From positions 32,001 through 96,000 of IMG/VR virus record IMGVR_UViG_3300032272_000002: a stretch of 64,000 nucleotides of DNA. One strand, given 5' to 3'. The notes beneath the pieces are model-generated. The model was not told the DNA's origin, made no database searches, and was given only the letters and a program-made list of their open reading frames with translations. This DNA is from a virus. Numbering within the stretch: position 1 is the first letter of the stretch; every line of letters begins with the position of its first letter. Below, in pieces: positions 27,353 through 37,971 of the stretch. The position numbers and the translations under genes were made by a program.

Positions 27353-27710
27353 ATACAGAGATCTTAATATGATGGAATTCAACGAGGTACTTCACTTAGA
27401 TTGCAGTTGTAGTAGTCCCGCACACACATTGCGGTTTTACTATGAAAAGGAAGAAGAGGACTATAAGCCGGAAGATCGGTGGATAGTCGTAGATGTCAAC
27501 TTGCCCAACCATCGCGGATTCTGGAAAAGGCTGTGGTGGTCGATTCGATACACTTTTGGTCATAAAAGCCAATATGGGCCTTTTGACGAATTCGTCATGA
27601 CCAGTAAGAACGCTATTGCTCTCAAAGAGTTCCTAGAAGAGTACTATTCGAACACTAAAGCGTCTGAGTAGATTTTTCTTTTATTATACACCTCCTCCGA
27701 ATTTGATTTT

Positions 27711-28448
27711 ATGAAATATCCCAAGATTCCTTCGACCAGCCTCCAATGCAAGTGGAATCATGGCAAGTTCGAACAGATGTTTGCTCCGACAGCAGACGAG
27801 AACTACATTGGACTGGTACGCTCTCTCCTGGGTGATCTAGGAATGCGTGATTCTGACATGAAGGACGGACCATGGCTCGCTGGTGGAACGTGTCGCCGTC
27901 TACTAGAAGGTCAGCTATATCTAGGAGCGGACTTTGACCTCTTCTTTAAAAACGAAAAACAGAAAAACGAACTGCGGGATTTCATCATTCAACAATATGA
28001 TCCCGAGATTATGTTCGAAAGCGAAAACGCCGTGACGTACAAGGTGCTTTATTACAATCGTATTGTGATTCTGCAACTTATTCACCGCAAGTACTATGAT
28101 ATGCCGTCTGACGTGATCTCCGACTTTGACATCATCGCATGTCAATTCGTCACAAACGGAGAGGTAGTCGTACACGGCACGATGGCACCTGACCAAGTAG
28201 CAAAGCGAATCCTCCGCGTAAGCCCTTCTGTTGTTAACAAAGAATCATTCTCTGCGGTGCATACACTTCGCCGCATGATTAAGATGGGCCAGGACGGATA
28301 TCGCATGGGACAATATCACGTAGGAGAATTCCTAAATCATGTGGTAAAAAACCCGAAGCTCATCAAATATGATACGCCAATGAGCCCTGAGTATGATGAA
28401 AACGGTAATCCGTGTGTTGCCATCAAGATTCCTGGCGTACCATTCTAA
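27711..28448 (+). CDS. nucleotidyltransferase (poly(A) polymerase/CCA-adding head-like)
   Basis: WLAGG...DFDLFF...SDFDI. Confidence 0.7.
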   Translation: MKYPKIPSTSLQCKWNHGKFEQMFAPTADENYIGLVRSLLGDLGMRDSDMKDGPWLAGGTCRRLLEGQLYLGADFDLFFKNEKQKNELRDFIIQQYDPEIMFESENAVTYKVLYYNRIVILQLIHRKYYDMPSDVISDFDIIACQFVTNGEVVVHGTMAPDQVAKRILRVSPSVVNKESFSAVHTLRRMIKMGQDGYRMGQYHVGEFLNHVVKNPKLIKYDTPMSPEYDENGNPCVAIKIPGVPF

Positions 28449-28524
28449 GCTCCTATGATGTAATGGACTAGCATCTCAGTCTTCTAAACTGATCGTCCAG
28501 GTTCGAATCCTGGTAGGAGTACCA
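28449..28524 (+). tRNA. tRNA-Arg(TCT)
   Basis: CT-TCT-AA, CCA. Confidence 0.9.
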
Positions 28525-28596
28525 CCTCTCAAAAAATACTGAACTGATCCTTGACACACTTTAACTGCTCGACACTATAATCCTACGGAGGTCGTA

Positions 28597-29121
28597 ATGG
28601 ACTCTAATACTACACAACAATATAACCTAGACAACTTTGTAAAAGAAAGCGGATCTCGTTTCCGCATGACCAAAAAGCAGACTGCCCGAGTCGCCTTGAC
28701 CGGAAAATCTGCCGAAGATCGCCAGCGTGTTGCTGGTATGAGTGCCGATGAGGCCGCCGACTTCTTCAATGCCCGTGCATCCAGTGGTAAGCCGCTGGGA
28801 TGGGTTAAAGAAGCCGTCAGCCTCGCAGGCACCTGGACCGATGACATGGCACTAACCCGTGACCGTGCGTTCCAGGAATTTCTGTCGAATGGTGGCCCAA
28901 GCCGTTTGCAGGAGCGAAAGCCCGAAGTTCCCGTCTCTGTTTGGCTCGACTCTGAGCTAACCCTGGACAACTTCGAAGCCAAAACTTTTGCGGCGACCGG
29001 ACACAAGATCCGTTTCCGCATTCGTAAAGAGCAAACTGCACGCGGACTGTCCCGTGCCGAAGCTCTTGCCGAAGTCATCGCACAGACTCGCGAGTCTGTC
29101 AACAACAATCTGGAGAATTAA
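28597..29121 (+). CDS. hypothetical protein with internal duplication
   Basis: LDNF...RFR..K.QTAR occurs twice. Confidence 0.7.
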   Translation: MDSNTTQQYNLDNFVKESGSRFRMTKKQTARVALTGKSAEDRQRVAGMSADEAADFFNARASSGKPLGWVKEAVSLAGTWTDDMALTRDRAFQEFLSNGGPSRLQERKPEVPVSVWLDSELTLDNFEAKTFAATGHKIRFRIRKEQTARGLSRAEALAEVIAQTRESVNNNLEN

Positions 29122-29125
29122 TCCT

Positions 29126-29509
29126 ATGGCAATGAACGTAATCGTATTGCAGGGCAACCTAGTTGCCGATCCTACTTTCCACGGCGAAAATGATAGCGTA
29201 GCCCGCTTTACTATCGCCAATAACACCGGCTTTGGCGACAACGCCGAAGTCCACTTCGTTGACTGTGTTGCTTTCGGCAAACAGGTCGAGACGATTCAGA
29301 AATTCCTGACTAAAGGCAAGGAGATCAACATTCGTGGTCGCCTCGTCCAACGTCGCTGGGAAAACGACGAAGGTGAGAAGCGTTCGAAGCTAGAAGTACG
29401 CCTCGAAAATTACGAGGGCTTCTCGTTCACTAGCGGTGGTGCAGGCGGCGGCCAGTCGTCAAACGATGCCGAGCCCGTTGCTGCTGGTGGCGAAAAGAAA
29501 CTTTTCTAG
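29126..29509 (+). CDS. ssb: single-stranded DNA-binding protein
   Basis: MNVIVLQGNLVADP, FVDCVAFGK, KGKEINIRGRL. Confidence 0.9.
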   Translation: MAMNVIVLQGNLVADPTFHGENDSVARFTIANNTGFGDNAEVHFVDCVAFGKQVETIQKFLTKGKEINIRGRLVQRRWENDEGEKRSKLEVRLENYEGFSFTSGGAGGGQSSNDAEPVAAGGEKKLF

Positions 29510-29630
29510 TAACGAAAATATGTAGAGGCCACCTCTTGGTGGTCCGGTTAGGTGCTGGAAATAGGCGTGTTAAAACGTCGGCGTCGGGGGTAGGGGATCC
29601 CTGAACTACATATATATAGAATACAATAGC

Positions 29631-30155
29631 ATGCACACGAAAAAACTCATTATCATTCGAGGCCCTTCGGGCACGGGCAAGTCAACACTGGCTGCTCATT
29701 TGCTAGAACGCCCAGCAATTACCTGGGAAGAGATCCCAGCTACGACATGGCATGAAGCCGACCACTTCTTTATGAAGCTCAACGGTTTTCTGGAGCCAAC
29801 GTATGAATTTGATTACAACAAGCTCTATGCCGCTCATCGCTGGAGCATGTCAAACGTGGAGCGAGACCTCTTCTTGCAGCGTCCGCTCGTTATTGTGTCC
29901 AATACTTCTATGGCCCACAAAGAAGTCAAGCCCTACTTGAGCTTGGCAGAGGAGTACGGTTATGAATACGAAGTCATCCGTACGCCAGGCCCGTGGGATA
30001 TTGACACTCTCGTCGAGCGTAACGCCCATGGTGTTCCGCGAGACATTATCGAACGACAAATCTCACGCTATCAACCTATGACCAGTGAGACCGAATGGTC
30101 TGACCTCACAATCTTTACCAATGGACAACGAAAAATTAGATCCGAAACAAAGTAA
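29631..30155 (+). CDS. P-loop kinase (polynucleotide-kinase/AAA_33-like)
   Basis: IIRGPSGTGKST, EADHFF, RNAHGVP. Confidence 0.8.
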   Translation: MHTKKLIIIRGPSGTGKSTLAAHLLERPAITWEEIPATTWHEADHFFMKLNGFLEPTYEFDYNKLYAAHRWSMSNVERDLFLQRPLVIVSNTSMAHKEVKPYLSLAEEYGYEYEVIRTPGPWDIDTLVERNAHGVPRDIIERQISRYQPMTSETEWSDLTIFTNGQRKIRSETK

Positions 30156-30439
30156 GTGCTTCACCTGTAAGTTCGGTCTCTGCATGATGCAGGAGAACAC
30201 CGCTTATCTAGAGGCGAATTTTCCCATGATGGGGCCGCCGCCCGATCTCTTTGGTCAGCAAGCACCAGAGCCCGAGCTTGATTGGACGGACTCTGAGCCT
30301 GAGCCTGACGAAGATCCCAAGAAGATTGTAGAGAGCCGTATTTGTTCTCTATGTTATTGGGCACCGGCAAACATCAAACTTGAAAGTCCTATTGTGAATT
30401 CTGCTGTTGTAAAAGAGTGTAGTCGATACGAAAAACGAG

Positions 30440-30979
30440 ATGACTAAGACATTTGTAACAAGTGATACCCACTTCAATCACGCCAACATTCTAAAATACT
30501 GTCCCGACAGGGGTTATGCCTCTGTCGAGGACATGAATGCTGACATGATTAAGGTGTGGAATGAGACAGTGGCCGCCGAGGACACCGTTTACTTCCTTGG
30601 TGACTTTGCTATGGGTAAAAAGGAATTCCATCTGGAGTTTCTCAAAGCCCTGAATGGAACCATTCGTTTTGTACCAGGCAATCACGACTACTATATTCGC
30701 AAGCTAAATAAGCGTGGCGAGCTACCTGAGAACGTAGAGATGCTACCACCTATTTATAATCTGAACCAAGACGGTCAGATCTATGTCTTTTGTCACTTCC
30801 CCATCGCTGAGTGGGAGGCCATGACAGGACACGCCAGCGACGGCAGGACGGGGGCTATCCATTATCACGGTCATGTTCATGGCCAGAACGGGGCAGTCAC
30901 GGGGCCTGATCGCTACGACATTGGCTGGGACGTATACGGCAAACCTATTGAACTGCATGTGCCTTATGAAAACATTTGA
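30440..30979 (+). CDS. calcineurin-like metallophosphoesterase
   Basis: SDTHFNH, LGDFA, GNHD, HGHVH. Confidence 0.9.
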   Translation: MTKTFVTSDTHFNHANILKYCPDRGYASVEDMNADMIKVWNETVAAEDTVYFLGDFAMGKKEFHLEFLKALNGTIRFVPGNHDYYIRKLNKRGELPENVEMLPPIYNLNQDGQIYVFCHFPIAEWEAMTGHASDGRTGAIHYHGHVHGQNGAVTGPDRYDIGWDVYGKPIELHVPYENI

Positions 30980-31165
30980 TTTAGTACGTGACGAAGACGC
31001 TTCGGGCGTGAGTGGTGTTGGATGCGTGGCGGAAGGTGTCGAGTTTACTGACGGCACCGTAGCCCTACGTTGGCGAACTAAGATGGCATGCACTGGAGTC
31101 TATGACTCTATCGAGCACGTCGTTGAAATCCACGGGCACGAAGGTAAAACACAAGTAGTATTTAA

Positions 31166-32200
31166 ATGAGAGACCCTATCCTCTTAAAGAAGATCGAGCA
31201 AGAAGTCCAGGCTGGCAATGTTGTTGCCAGTGAGTGGGAGGGTCTAACCGTATATAAGTATACGCAAGAATGTCACCATGAAAATAGATGGAATGATATT
31301 AACAGACAGTGCCGGGGAATCATCCTAGACAAGCATGGACGAGTCTTCGCCCGTCCTTTTTCCAAGTTCTTCAACCTCAACGAAGTCGCGGAGACCATGT
31401 ACGACCAGCTACCGTGGGATTGCGGCGTACAAGTATTCGAGAAATTGGATGGCTCCTGTGGCACCTTGTTTCGCCACCCGCAGCATGGCGTATGCCTATC
31501 CACTCCTGGCAGCATGCAATCTGACCAGGCCAAGATGGGCACCGAGATACTCCGTCGTAGCTCGTGGGGCACTAACTTTATGGCCGACCTACCAGACGAC
31601 TGCACTCCTATCTTCGAGATTATCTATCCCGAAAACCGCATCGTCGTAGACTACCGAGGTCGCGAAGACCTTGTGCTGCTATCTATCTTTCAATTGAACG
31701 GAGAAGAGTGGCATCAGAATAGAGTAGACGCTATTGCTGAGAAGCATGGCATCACCCGCCCTCGCCGCTTCGACCTAGACGTTACTGACATTCAATTCCA
31801 GGACAACGAGGAGGGATACGTGTTCCTCTTCGATAACGGACTGCGTGTCAAGTCTAAGAGTCCAACGTACCTGCGGATTCACAGGCTGCTTAATTACCTG
31901 AGCCCAAAGGGCGTCATTGATCTTATCCGTGGTCATGAGTACAGAACCACGCTGGCCCAATTGCCAGATTCTATTCAGCAGGACTTCGACGACATCAGGG
32001 CGTACGTCCAGACTATGTTCGACGAGACCCGCAACAAAGTGGAGGCATTCCACCTTGCGGTGCCGCAAGGCACACGCAAGGACCAGGCTATGTGGATTAC
32101 GGGATGCGTGGAGCGTGAGCTTCAAGGGCTCGTCTTCGCAAAACTAGACAACAAAGATATCACGGAGAGTCTATGGCGAGTAGTAATCAATACTCTCTAG
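31166..32200 (+). CDS. T4 Rnl1-type RNA ligase
   Basis: CRGII, KFFNLNE, EKLDGS, FEIIYPENRIVV, EGYV. Confidence 0.9.
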   Translation: MRDPILLKKIEQEVQAGNVVASEWEGLTVYKYTQECHHENRWNDINRQCRGIILDKHGRVFARPFSKFFNLNEVAETMYDQLPWDCGVQVFEKLDGSCGTLFRHPQHGVCLSTPGSMQSDQAKMGTEILRRSSWGTNFMADLPDDCTPIFEIIYPENRIVVDYRGREDLVLLSIFQLNGEEWHQNRVDAIAEKHGITRPRRFDLDVTDIQFQDNEEGYVFLFDNGLRVKSKSPTYLRIHRLLNYLSPKGVIDLIRGHEYRTTLAQLPDSIQQDFDDIRAYVQTMFDETRNKVEAFHLAVPQGTRKDQAMWITGCVERELQGLVFAKLDNKDITESLWRVVINTL

Positions 32201-32541
32201 AGGACATTCCGAACTTTAGTGTCACCAGGCTCATTGAGGATGGCGTCCGCAAGGAGGGGTTTCCTGGATCTCTACATTATAAGGTAGAAATCAAGCCAGA
32301 TCCCGACCACCCTTGGGTTCAAGACTGGCCTGAGGATCAAGTCTTTGGCTGTACGTATAGCGTAGATGAGTTTACACTCTTTCAATCAGATGATCCCAAA
32401 AGGACCAAGCGTGACCTCATGTATCTTCACGTCAAAAATGCGTGGGAAGAGTGGTGGCATTCTCATTGGAGACATAACGGCAAGAGGCTCTCAATCCTTG
32501 AGCGTCCTGAATATGCATTTGTCCTTGGAGGGGCACTGTAA
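32173..32541 (+). CDS. hypothetical protein with C-terminal FVLGGAL motif
   Basis: ORF track. Confidence 0.65.
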   Translation: MASSNQYSLEDIPNFSVTRLIEDGVRKEGFPGSLHYKVEIKPDPDHPWVQDWPEDQVFGCTYSVDEFTLFQSDDPKRTKRDLMYLHVKNAWEEWWHSHWRHNGKRLSILERPEYAFVLGGAL

Positions 32542-32542
32542 A

Positions 32543-32941
32543 ATGAAAAGAGAAAAGGTATATATCTCCGGTCCAGTATCCGGCATGCCCGAACTGAACC
32601 ATCCCGCGTTCCGTCGAGTTGAGAAGATGTTATTTGCTGCCGACTGTGAGGTAGAAAATCCCATCAACAATCAGCGTCCTCTATTCTTTGACTTAAAAGA
32701 AGATGCGATGGAGTTGTGGCAATATCAAATGAGAAAGGCCGTCTCTCAGTTGACCTTGTGTGATAGCATCGTCATGCTAAATGGCTGGGAGAAATCCAAG
32801 GGGGCGACCATCGAGCTATGGCTGGCCCACATGCTGGGGTTAGTATTGTATAATGAAAACCTTCAGCCGCTAAATATTGCCCCAGAAGAAATTTCCCTGC
32901 CAGACTGGCAGGCCGTAAAACGACACCTCGCCAGCATATAA
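32543..32941 (+). CDS. DUF4406 / nucleoside-deoxyribosyltransferase-like protein
   Basis: VYISGPVSG..NHPAF, CDSIVML.GWEKSKGA.IE. Confidence 0.8.
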   Translation: MKREKVYISGPVSGMPELNHPAFRRVEKMLFAADCEVENPINNQRPLFFDLKEDAMELWQYQMRKAVSQLTLCDSIVMLNGWEKSKGATIELWLAHMLGLVLYNENLQPLNIAPEEISLPDWQAVKRHLASI

Positions 32942-32981
32942 GTAGTCTGGTGAAACTGCTAGCATTTTTGAGAATCCATAA

Positions 32982-33689
32982 ATGAACAGAAGAAATGGCT
33001 TGACAAACGAAGAATACTTTGATAAGGTTCAGGGTATGACAGAAGAAAGTTCGACCACTACGAGACCCCCCGGTCTTATTTTCATCTCGCTTTCTGGAAA
33101 GAAGCAGGTGGGAAAGGACACGGCAACCGACATCGCAACACGTCTTTTGCGAGACGTGGGCAAGACGGTAAAGGTGACTGCGTTTGCTGAACCCCTCAAG
33201 CGAATGTGTATTGATGTGCTGGGGCTTGAAGAAGCCTTAGTATATGGCTCGAATGATGATAAGGATACTCTTACACATATTGTGTGGGATACAATGCCTT
33301 TGAATATTAGAGTGAAATACTCTAAGGTTACTCGCGGCCCTCGAAGTGGTGCGATGACCGTGCGAGAAGTTTTACAGGTCGTGGGGACTGACATTTTCCG
33401 CGAGATGTTTTGGGATAACGTGTGGGCCGAGGCCCCGTTCCGCAAGGACTACGCCGATGTTGACGTGGTAATCTTAACAGATTGCCGCTTTCCCAACGAA
33501 AAGGACTGTACAGATGGTAGTGGTGGCGTCACTATTAGATTGGAGAGGGCTACAGGCTTCACCGACAACCATAAAAGTGAGACCGCTCTTGATGGATACA
33601 CTTTTGAATACTTCTATGAGAACAACGGCTCACTAGAAGACCTAGAAATCTTTATTAGAGAAACCCTGGAGGAAATTGAACTACTATGA
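32982..33689 (+). CDS. deoxynucleoside monophosphate kinase
   Basis: SGKKQVGKDT, FAEPLK, REVLQVVGT, DCRFPNE, HKSE. Confidence 0.85.
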   Translation: MNRRNGLTNEEYFDKVQGMTEESSTTTRPPGLIFISLSGKKQVGKDTATDIATRLLRDVGKTVKVTAFAEPLKRMCIDVLGLEEALVYGSNDDKDTLTHIVWDTMPLNIRVKYSKVTRGPRSGAMTVREVLQVVGTDIFREMFWDNVWAEAPFRKDYADVDVVILTDCRFPNEKDCTDGSGGVTIRLERATGFTDNHKSETALDGYTFEYFYENNGSLEDLEIFIRETLEEIELL

Positions 33690-33845
33690 ATGAACAACAA
33701 CCGAACGTCTATGTCTCGGGAGACGAGGCTCGACTACTAATGCAGCTATTAACTGCTACCCCCTTGATGCAGCTTTACACGAAGCTGAACGTCATCAACA
33801 CCGTGCAGCCCGCACAACAACAACAGCCTACGGAGGCACCAAAAA

Positions 33846-34304
33846 ATGAATAACAGAGATCTTGCCTTCACGCATCGTCCGCTGACTGGTGTCAGTGTTG
33901 GTGCTTACAACGCGAACGGTGTTCTTTATGTCGCTGCCGCATTTACGAACGATGGCACTAGCCGCAATGGCAACTACCACGAGGAGCACAACGATGTCTT
34001 TTCGCGTGCTATCTCCCGTCGTATTATCGCGGGCCGCATTACCTTCTCGCAGAAGATCGCTACCCGCTTTGTCTTCGAAGTAGAGACTGACATGACTGGC
34101 CCAGACTTTATGCGTGCCTTCCGTCAGTCATTCAAGCCTGAGCTTGATGAGACAGATAATGTATTGCATGACGCATTCGTTCAAGGCGGCACCGAGTATC
34201 GTGCTCGCAAGACCGTCAACGATATTTGGGACGTGATTGGAGATCTTGCGAACATCGTCGTTAACGCCCCCGTTGCAGTTGGGACTGAAACCACTGGTAA
34301 CTAA
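33846..34304 (+). CDS. hypothetical protein
   Basis: GGAGG SD; ORF. Confidence 0.65.
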   Translation: MNNRDLAFTHRPLTGVSVGAYNANGVLYVAAAFTNDGTSRNGNYHEEHNDVFSRAISRRIIAGRITFSQKIATRFVFEVETDMTGPDFMRAFRQSFKPELDETDNVLHDAFVQGGTEYRARKTVNDIWDVIGDLANIVVNAPVAVGTETTGN

Positions 34305-34906
34305 TGAGAGTATTAGTTTTTGACACCGAGACGGGTGGCGTTGATTCCACTAAGCATTCTCTGTTGACTCTTGGTGCCCTGGCGGGAGACCTTGATACTG
34401 GCGAAGTATTCGAGCAGTTTGAGGTCTTCCATCGTCTTCCGGACGAAGCCGACTATAACATCTCTGATGGAGCCTTCGGGGTCCACGGCATCACTGCCGA
34501 AGATTGTATGGACAAGGGTGTTAAGACAACTGAAATTCAGGAACGCTTTGCGGACCTGTATATGAACCATAATTGCGTCCTGCTTGCAGGGCACAATGTT
34601 GAGTTCGATGTCAGGTTTATGTGCGATCAGATTTATAAGTTCAGTGTAGCTGAGTTTGATAACACGTTTACCTATCGCAAACTAGATAGCATGCCGATTG
34701 TACGCTTGTTCGCAGGCGTAGAGAACATGCAGCAAGGTGCGACTCTAAAACAAACCGTGAAGTCACTGGGAATTGATATGAGTGATGTTAAAGGTGGCGG
34801 CTATCACGCCGCTCTCTATGATGTCATTGCCACGTTCCGAGTGTTATGTAAATTCCGACAAGTTTTATCGTCACCCGAAGTGGTGACACAACTAACAGGA
34901 GGCTAA
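34304..34906 (+). CDS. DEDDh 3'-5' exonuclease (DnaQ-like)
   Basis: FDTETGG, GHNVEFD, HAALYD. Confidence 0.88.
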   Translation: MRVLVFDTETGGVDSTKHSLLTLGALAGDLDTGEVFEQFEVFHRLPDEADYNISDGAFGVHGITAEDCMDKGVKTTEIQERFADLYMNHNCVLLAGHNVEFDVRFMCDQIYKFSVAEFDNTFTYRKLDSMPIVRLFAGVENMQQGATLKQTVKSLGIDMSDVKGGGYHAALYDVIATFRVLCKFRQVLSSPEVVTQLTGG

Positions 34907-35071
34907 TATGCGTGCCCGTGATAAGCACCGTCGCTTTCTACGAAAGAATGGTTGGATCGCCGTGGAAGCTCTGAAAGATAATGGAGCTTTCCAGTGGAAG
35001 TGGATTCATACACGCTATAAGCGTGCGTATTCCCGCCAAGCTGCCGTAGAAAGAACACAACGATGGTCTAA

Positions 35072-35557
35072 ATGAATAAAAGATTTGATACAAGAACCGA
35101 AGAAGAGTTTAAAGCAGAAATTGCCCATAGAACCCTTCTTGAACGTGAGCTATTCCTAGAGTGGCTCAATCTACAAGAGAAAGAGACGGGTGTGCTGCCT
35201 AAGTTTACTGACACAGGGTGTGGTAATCATGGTGAGTTCATCGAGGACAAAAAGGTTTCAACTGCTGCTGACTTTGACGTGGAGGGTATTGGCCTGGTAG
35301 AAGTAAAATTCGCCAAGCCAATGCTCAAGCGTGACTTTCACCTCAAGGTTGGACAAACTAAATCATACATTAAGCAGGGTGCCATGATCCTTATGGTGAT
35401 TGGAGCCGACGAAGACGTACCAAAATTTACATTGATTAACGTTGAAGCTCTCGAAGAGATTGTTGAAACGTGTCCCATTGTAAAGTGGGTAGGCTTCGGC
35501 TTCAAGCCCTCGTATAGAATTGAAATTGGGAAATTCGTATGGCGAGACCTAAAGTAA
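35072..35557 (+). CDS. putative PD-(D/E)xK nuclease
   Basis: ADF...VEVK. Confidence 0.5.
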   Translation: MNKRFDTRTEEEFKAEIAHRTLLERELFLEWLNLQEKETGVLPKFTDTGCGNHGEFIEDKKVSTAADFDVEGIGLVEVKFAKPMLKRDFHLKVGQTKSYIKQGAMILMVIGADEDVPKFTLINVEALEEIVETCPIVKWVGFGFKPSYRIEIGKFVWRDLK

Positions 35558-35805
35558 CCGGCGAACCTCACGACGTGCTGGGCCCATTCGAGGTGCATCA
35601 TAATCCAGAGCAAAACGCATGGATCATTAAGTATAATGAAGCGTCCGATAAATACCTCAATATGTTTGGAAATTTAGCCAACCTGCCTGATCTCTTTGCG
35701 ACTCGTGCAAGTGCTATGAATCTCATCTATGATTTAGTCGCAGGTAATAGGCTTCTAAATACTACTCCCGTAGATGACTCATTCAAACTAAGCGGTGCCC
35801 TATGA
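35539..35805 (+). CDS. small protein with C-terminal FKLSGAL motif
   Basis: ORF track. Confidence 0.7.
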   Translation: MARPKVTGEPHDVLGPFEVHHNPEQNAWIIKYNEASDKYLNMFGNLANLPDLFATRASAMNLIYDLVAGNRLLNTTPVDDSFKLSGAL

Positions 35806-36380
35806 AATTTGATATCATTATCCCTACTATCAATCGCATGTCTTTGAATGCAGCAGTAGAGTCTGTGTATGCCCAACGCTATACGGACTGGAGATTGTTT
35901 GTGGTAGGCGATGGTGTGATGCCTGATCTTGAAGGCTACGATAAGGATAGGGTTTGTGTCATGTCTATTGACCAACGTACTGCTGACAGCGGTGCGAGTC
36001 AACGCAATATGGGCATCCGAATTGGTGACAGCCCCTGGATCGCCTACCTAGATGATGATGACGTGTGGTATCCCGACCACCTGAGTACTATCGTTGAGCT
36101 ACACGAGGAGTTTCGTGACGCTGACATGTTTAAAACAGCAGCTCAAGAAATGGTTATGTCTCGGAAAAGTCCTCGACATAAGAAAGAAAAAATGAAGTTG
36201 CGGTGTGTAAATGAGGACGACCCCCTTACTATTACAATAGCACATTCAAGAGACCTGTTCTATAAGACTTCGAAGTGGCAAGCAAAAGATAACCACGACC
36301 ACATCTTATGGAATGAAATGCTGGCAGCAGGCGGCCAGCCAGCTAAAAGCAAAAGTGTAACGGCACTATATCTCAGATGA
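35802..36380 (+). CDS. GT2 glycosyltransferase
   Basis: IIIPT, RNMGI, YLDDDD. Confidence 0.85.
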   Translation: MKFDIIIPTINRMSLNAAVESVYAQRYTDWRLFVVGDGVMPDLEGYDKDRVCVMSIDQRTADSGASQRNMGIRIGDSPWIAYLDDDDVWYPDHLSTIVELHEEFRDADMFKTAAQEMVMSRKSPRHKKEKMKLRCVNEDDPLTITIAHSRDLFYKTSKWQAKDNHDHILWNEMLAAGGQPAKSKSVTALYLR

Positions 36381-37567
36381 AAATTATCAACCTCTTTAGC
36401 GAGAACTTCAAGCGGATTAAAGCCGTAGAAATTAAGCCAGACGGCAACATCGTTTATATCTCTGGTATGAATGGTGAAGGCAAGACCTCTATCCTCGACG
36501 CCATCTGGGACACTCTGGAGCACAGAGCTACCAAGAAGCGGATCAAGGAGCCTCTCCGGGTCGGAGCGGAGAAAGGTCGCAACGAAATTGACCTTGGTCA
36601 GTACATTATCACTAGGACTTATGGCCCTGAGGGCAAGACTACTCTCAAGGTAGAGACGCCTAGCGGCAGCATCATCAAGTCGCCCCAGCGTTTGCTTGAT
36701 ACTCTCGTCGGAGACTTGAGCTTCGACCCATGGGATTTCATCCGACAAACAGATCAGAAGCAACGCGAAGCGTTGGCTGACCTTCTATATAATCTAACAG
36801 ACGGCAAGTTCGACGTGAGCGAATTCGAACGCCGCCATAATAAAGCTTACGAAGAGAGGACTGCCGAGAACCGAGACAAGAAACGTCTCGACGGTATGAT
36901 CTCTACTCTCCTGCCTCCGACAGATAAAGATCCTACTACAGAAACATCTGTTGCGGAGCTATCTGACAAACTGGACTTGGCTATTGAGAAATCTAAGAAT
37001 GAAATAGAGATTGATACGCTGAGACAACGGGTCGTCGAGTTGGAGGCTCGCAACCAAGAGATTGGTGCCTTGGACCACGAAGACATTCGTCGGCAGCTAG
37101 AAAATATTGAGTCGCAGAATAAGAGGGCCCGCGAAGTTACGCTGTACCACAACACTAAGAAAGACTTGGCCGAAGTGGAGGCGAGGGTGGACGCACTGAA
37201 CGATGAGATGGAATTGGTGAAAATTGAGAAAGCGGAGGCCCTAGAGTCCGCTTCGCTCCCCGTAAAGGGTTTAACTGTCACCGAGGACGGAATTATGCTG
37301 GCGAACTCAACAAATGATTTGGTACCTTTTTGTCAGGCGTCTACCGCACAGCAATTGAGGGTAGCACTCGCCATTGCCATGACTGCCAACCCAGACTTAC
37401 GAGTCATTCGTATCGCGGACGGCTCTCTTTTGGACGATAACAGCCTGCAAATTATCGAAGAAATGGCAGGAGAACAAGACTTTCAGATTTGGATTGAATA
37501 TGCATCGCGAAACGACCAGGATAGGGTGGGCGTCTACATCGAAGACGGATCCATCGTAGAGAATTAG
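36377..37567 (+). CDS. SMC/Rad50-like ABC ATPase with coiled coil
   Basis: ENFKRI, GMNGEGKTS, STAQQ signature, IRIADGSLLD. Confidence 0.8.
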   Translation: MKIINLFSENFKRIKAVEIKPDGNIVYISGMNGEGKTSILDAIWDTLEHRATKKRIKEPLRVGAEKGRNEIDLGQYIITRTYGPEGKTTLKVETPSGSIIKSPQRLLDTLVGDLSFDPWDFIRQTDQKQREALADLLYNLTDGKFDVSEFERRHNKAYEERTAENRDKKRLDGMISTLLPPTDKDPTTETSVAELSDKLDLAIEKSKNEIEIDTLRQRVVELEARNQEIGALDHEDIRRQLENIESQNKRAREVTLYHNTKKDLAEVEARVDALNDEMELVKIEKAEALESASLPVKGLTVTEDGIMLANSTNDLVPFCQASTAQQLRVALAIAMTANPDLRVIRIADGSLLDDNSLQIIEEMAGEQDFQIWIEYASRNDQDRVGVYIEDGSIVEN

Positions 37568-37971
37568 TGTATTCGTTAGTGCGGCATTGCCGTAGGAGAC
37601 TATTATGGCTATTAAACTTAACTGGAACGTCCTGTCTGATGTCAAATCCGACCTCGAAGATACCTGGAAACTGAAGCCAGAGACCAAGGTAACGTTCGTC
37701 CTTCTAATGAAGGACGGCTCCCATCACAAGAAGACTATTAAGTTTTCTGAATTTCTAAAGTTCTTTTGGTTTATTTATGACAGCACTAATTTTCACGTCA
37801 AGGGCCTAGTAGTAACAGATACTACAGGCAAGATCCTTTATCGCCACCGACAAACGACTGGCGAACACGAAGAAATCCCGAACGGTGGCAACGTACACAT
37901 CTTTGATCGTTGGAACAATATGACTGACGGTCAAAAAGATGCCCACCTGAACATCCTACTATCTCAAATTT

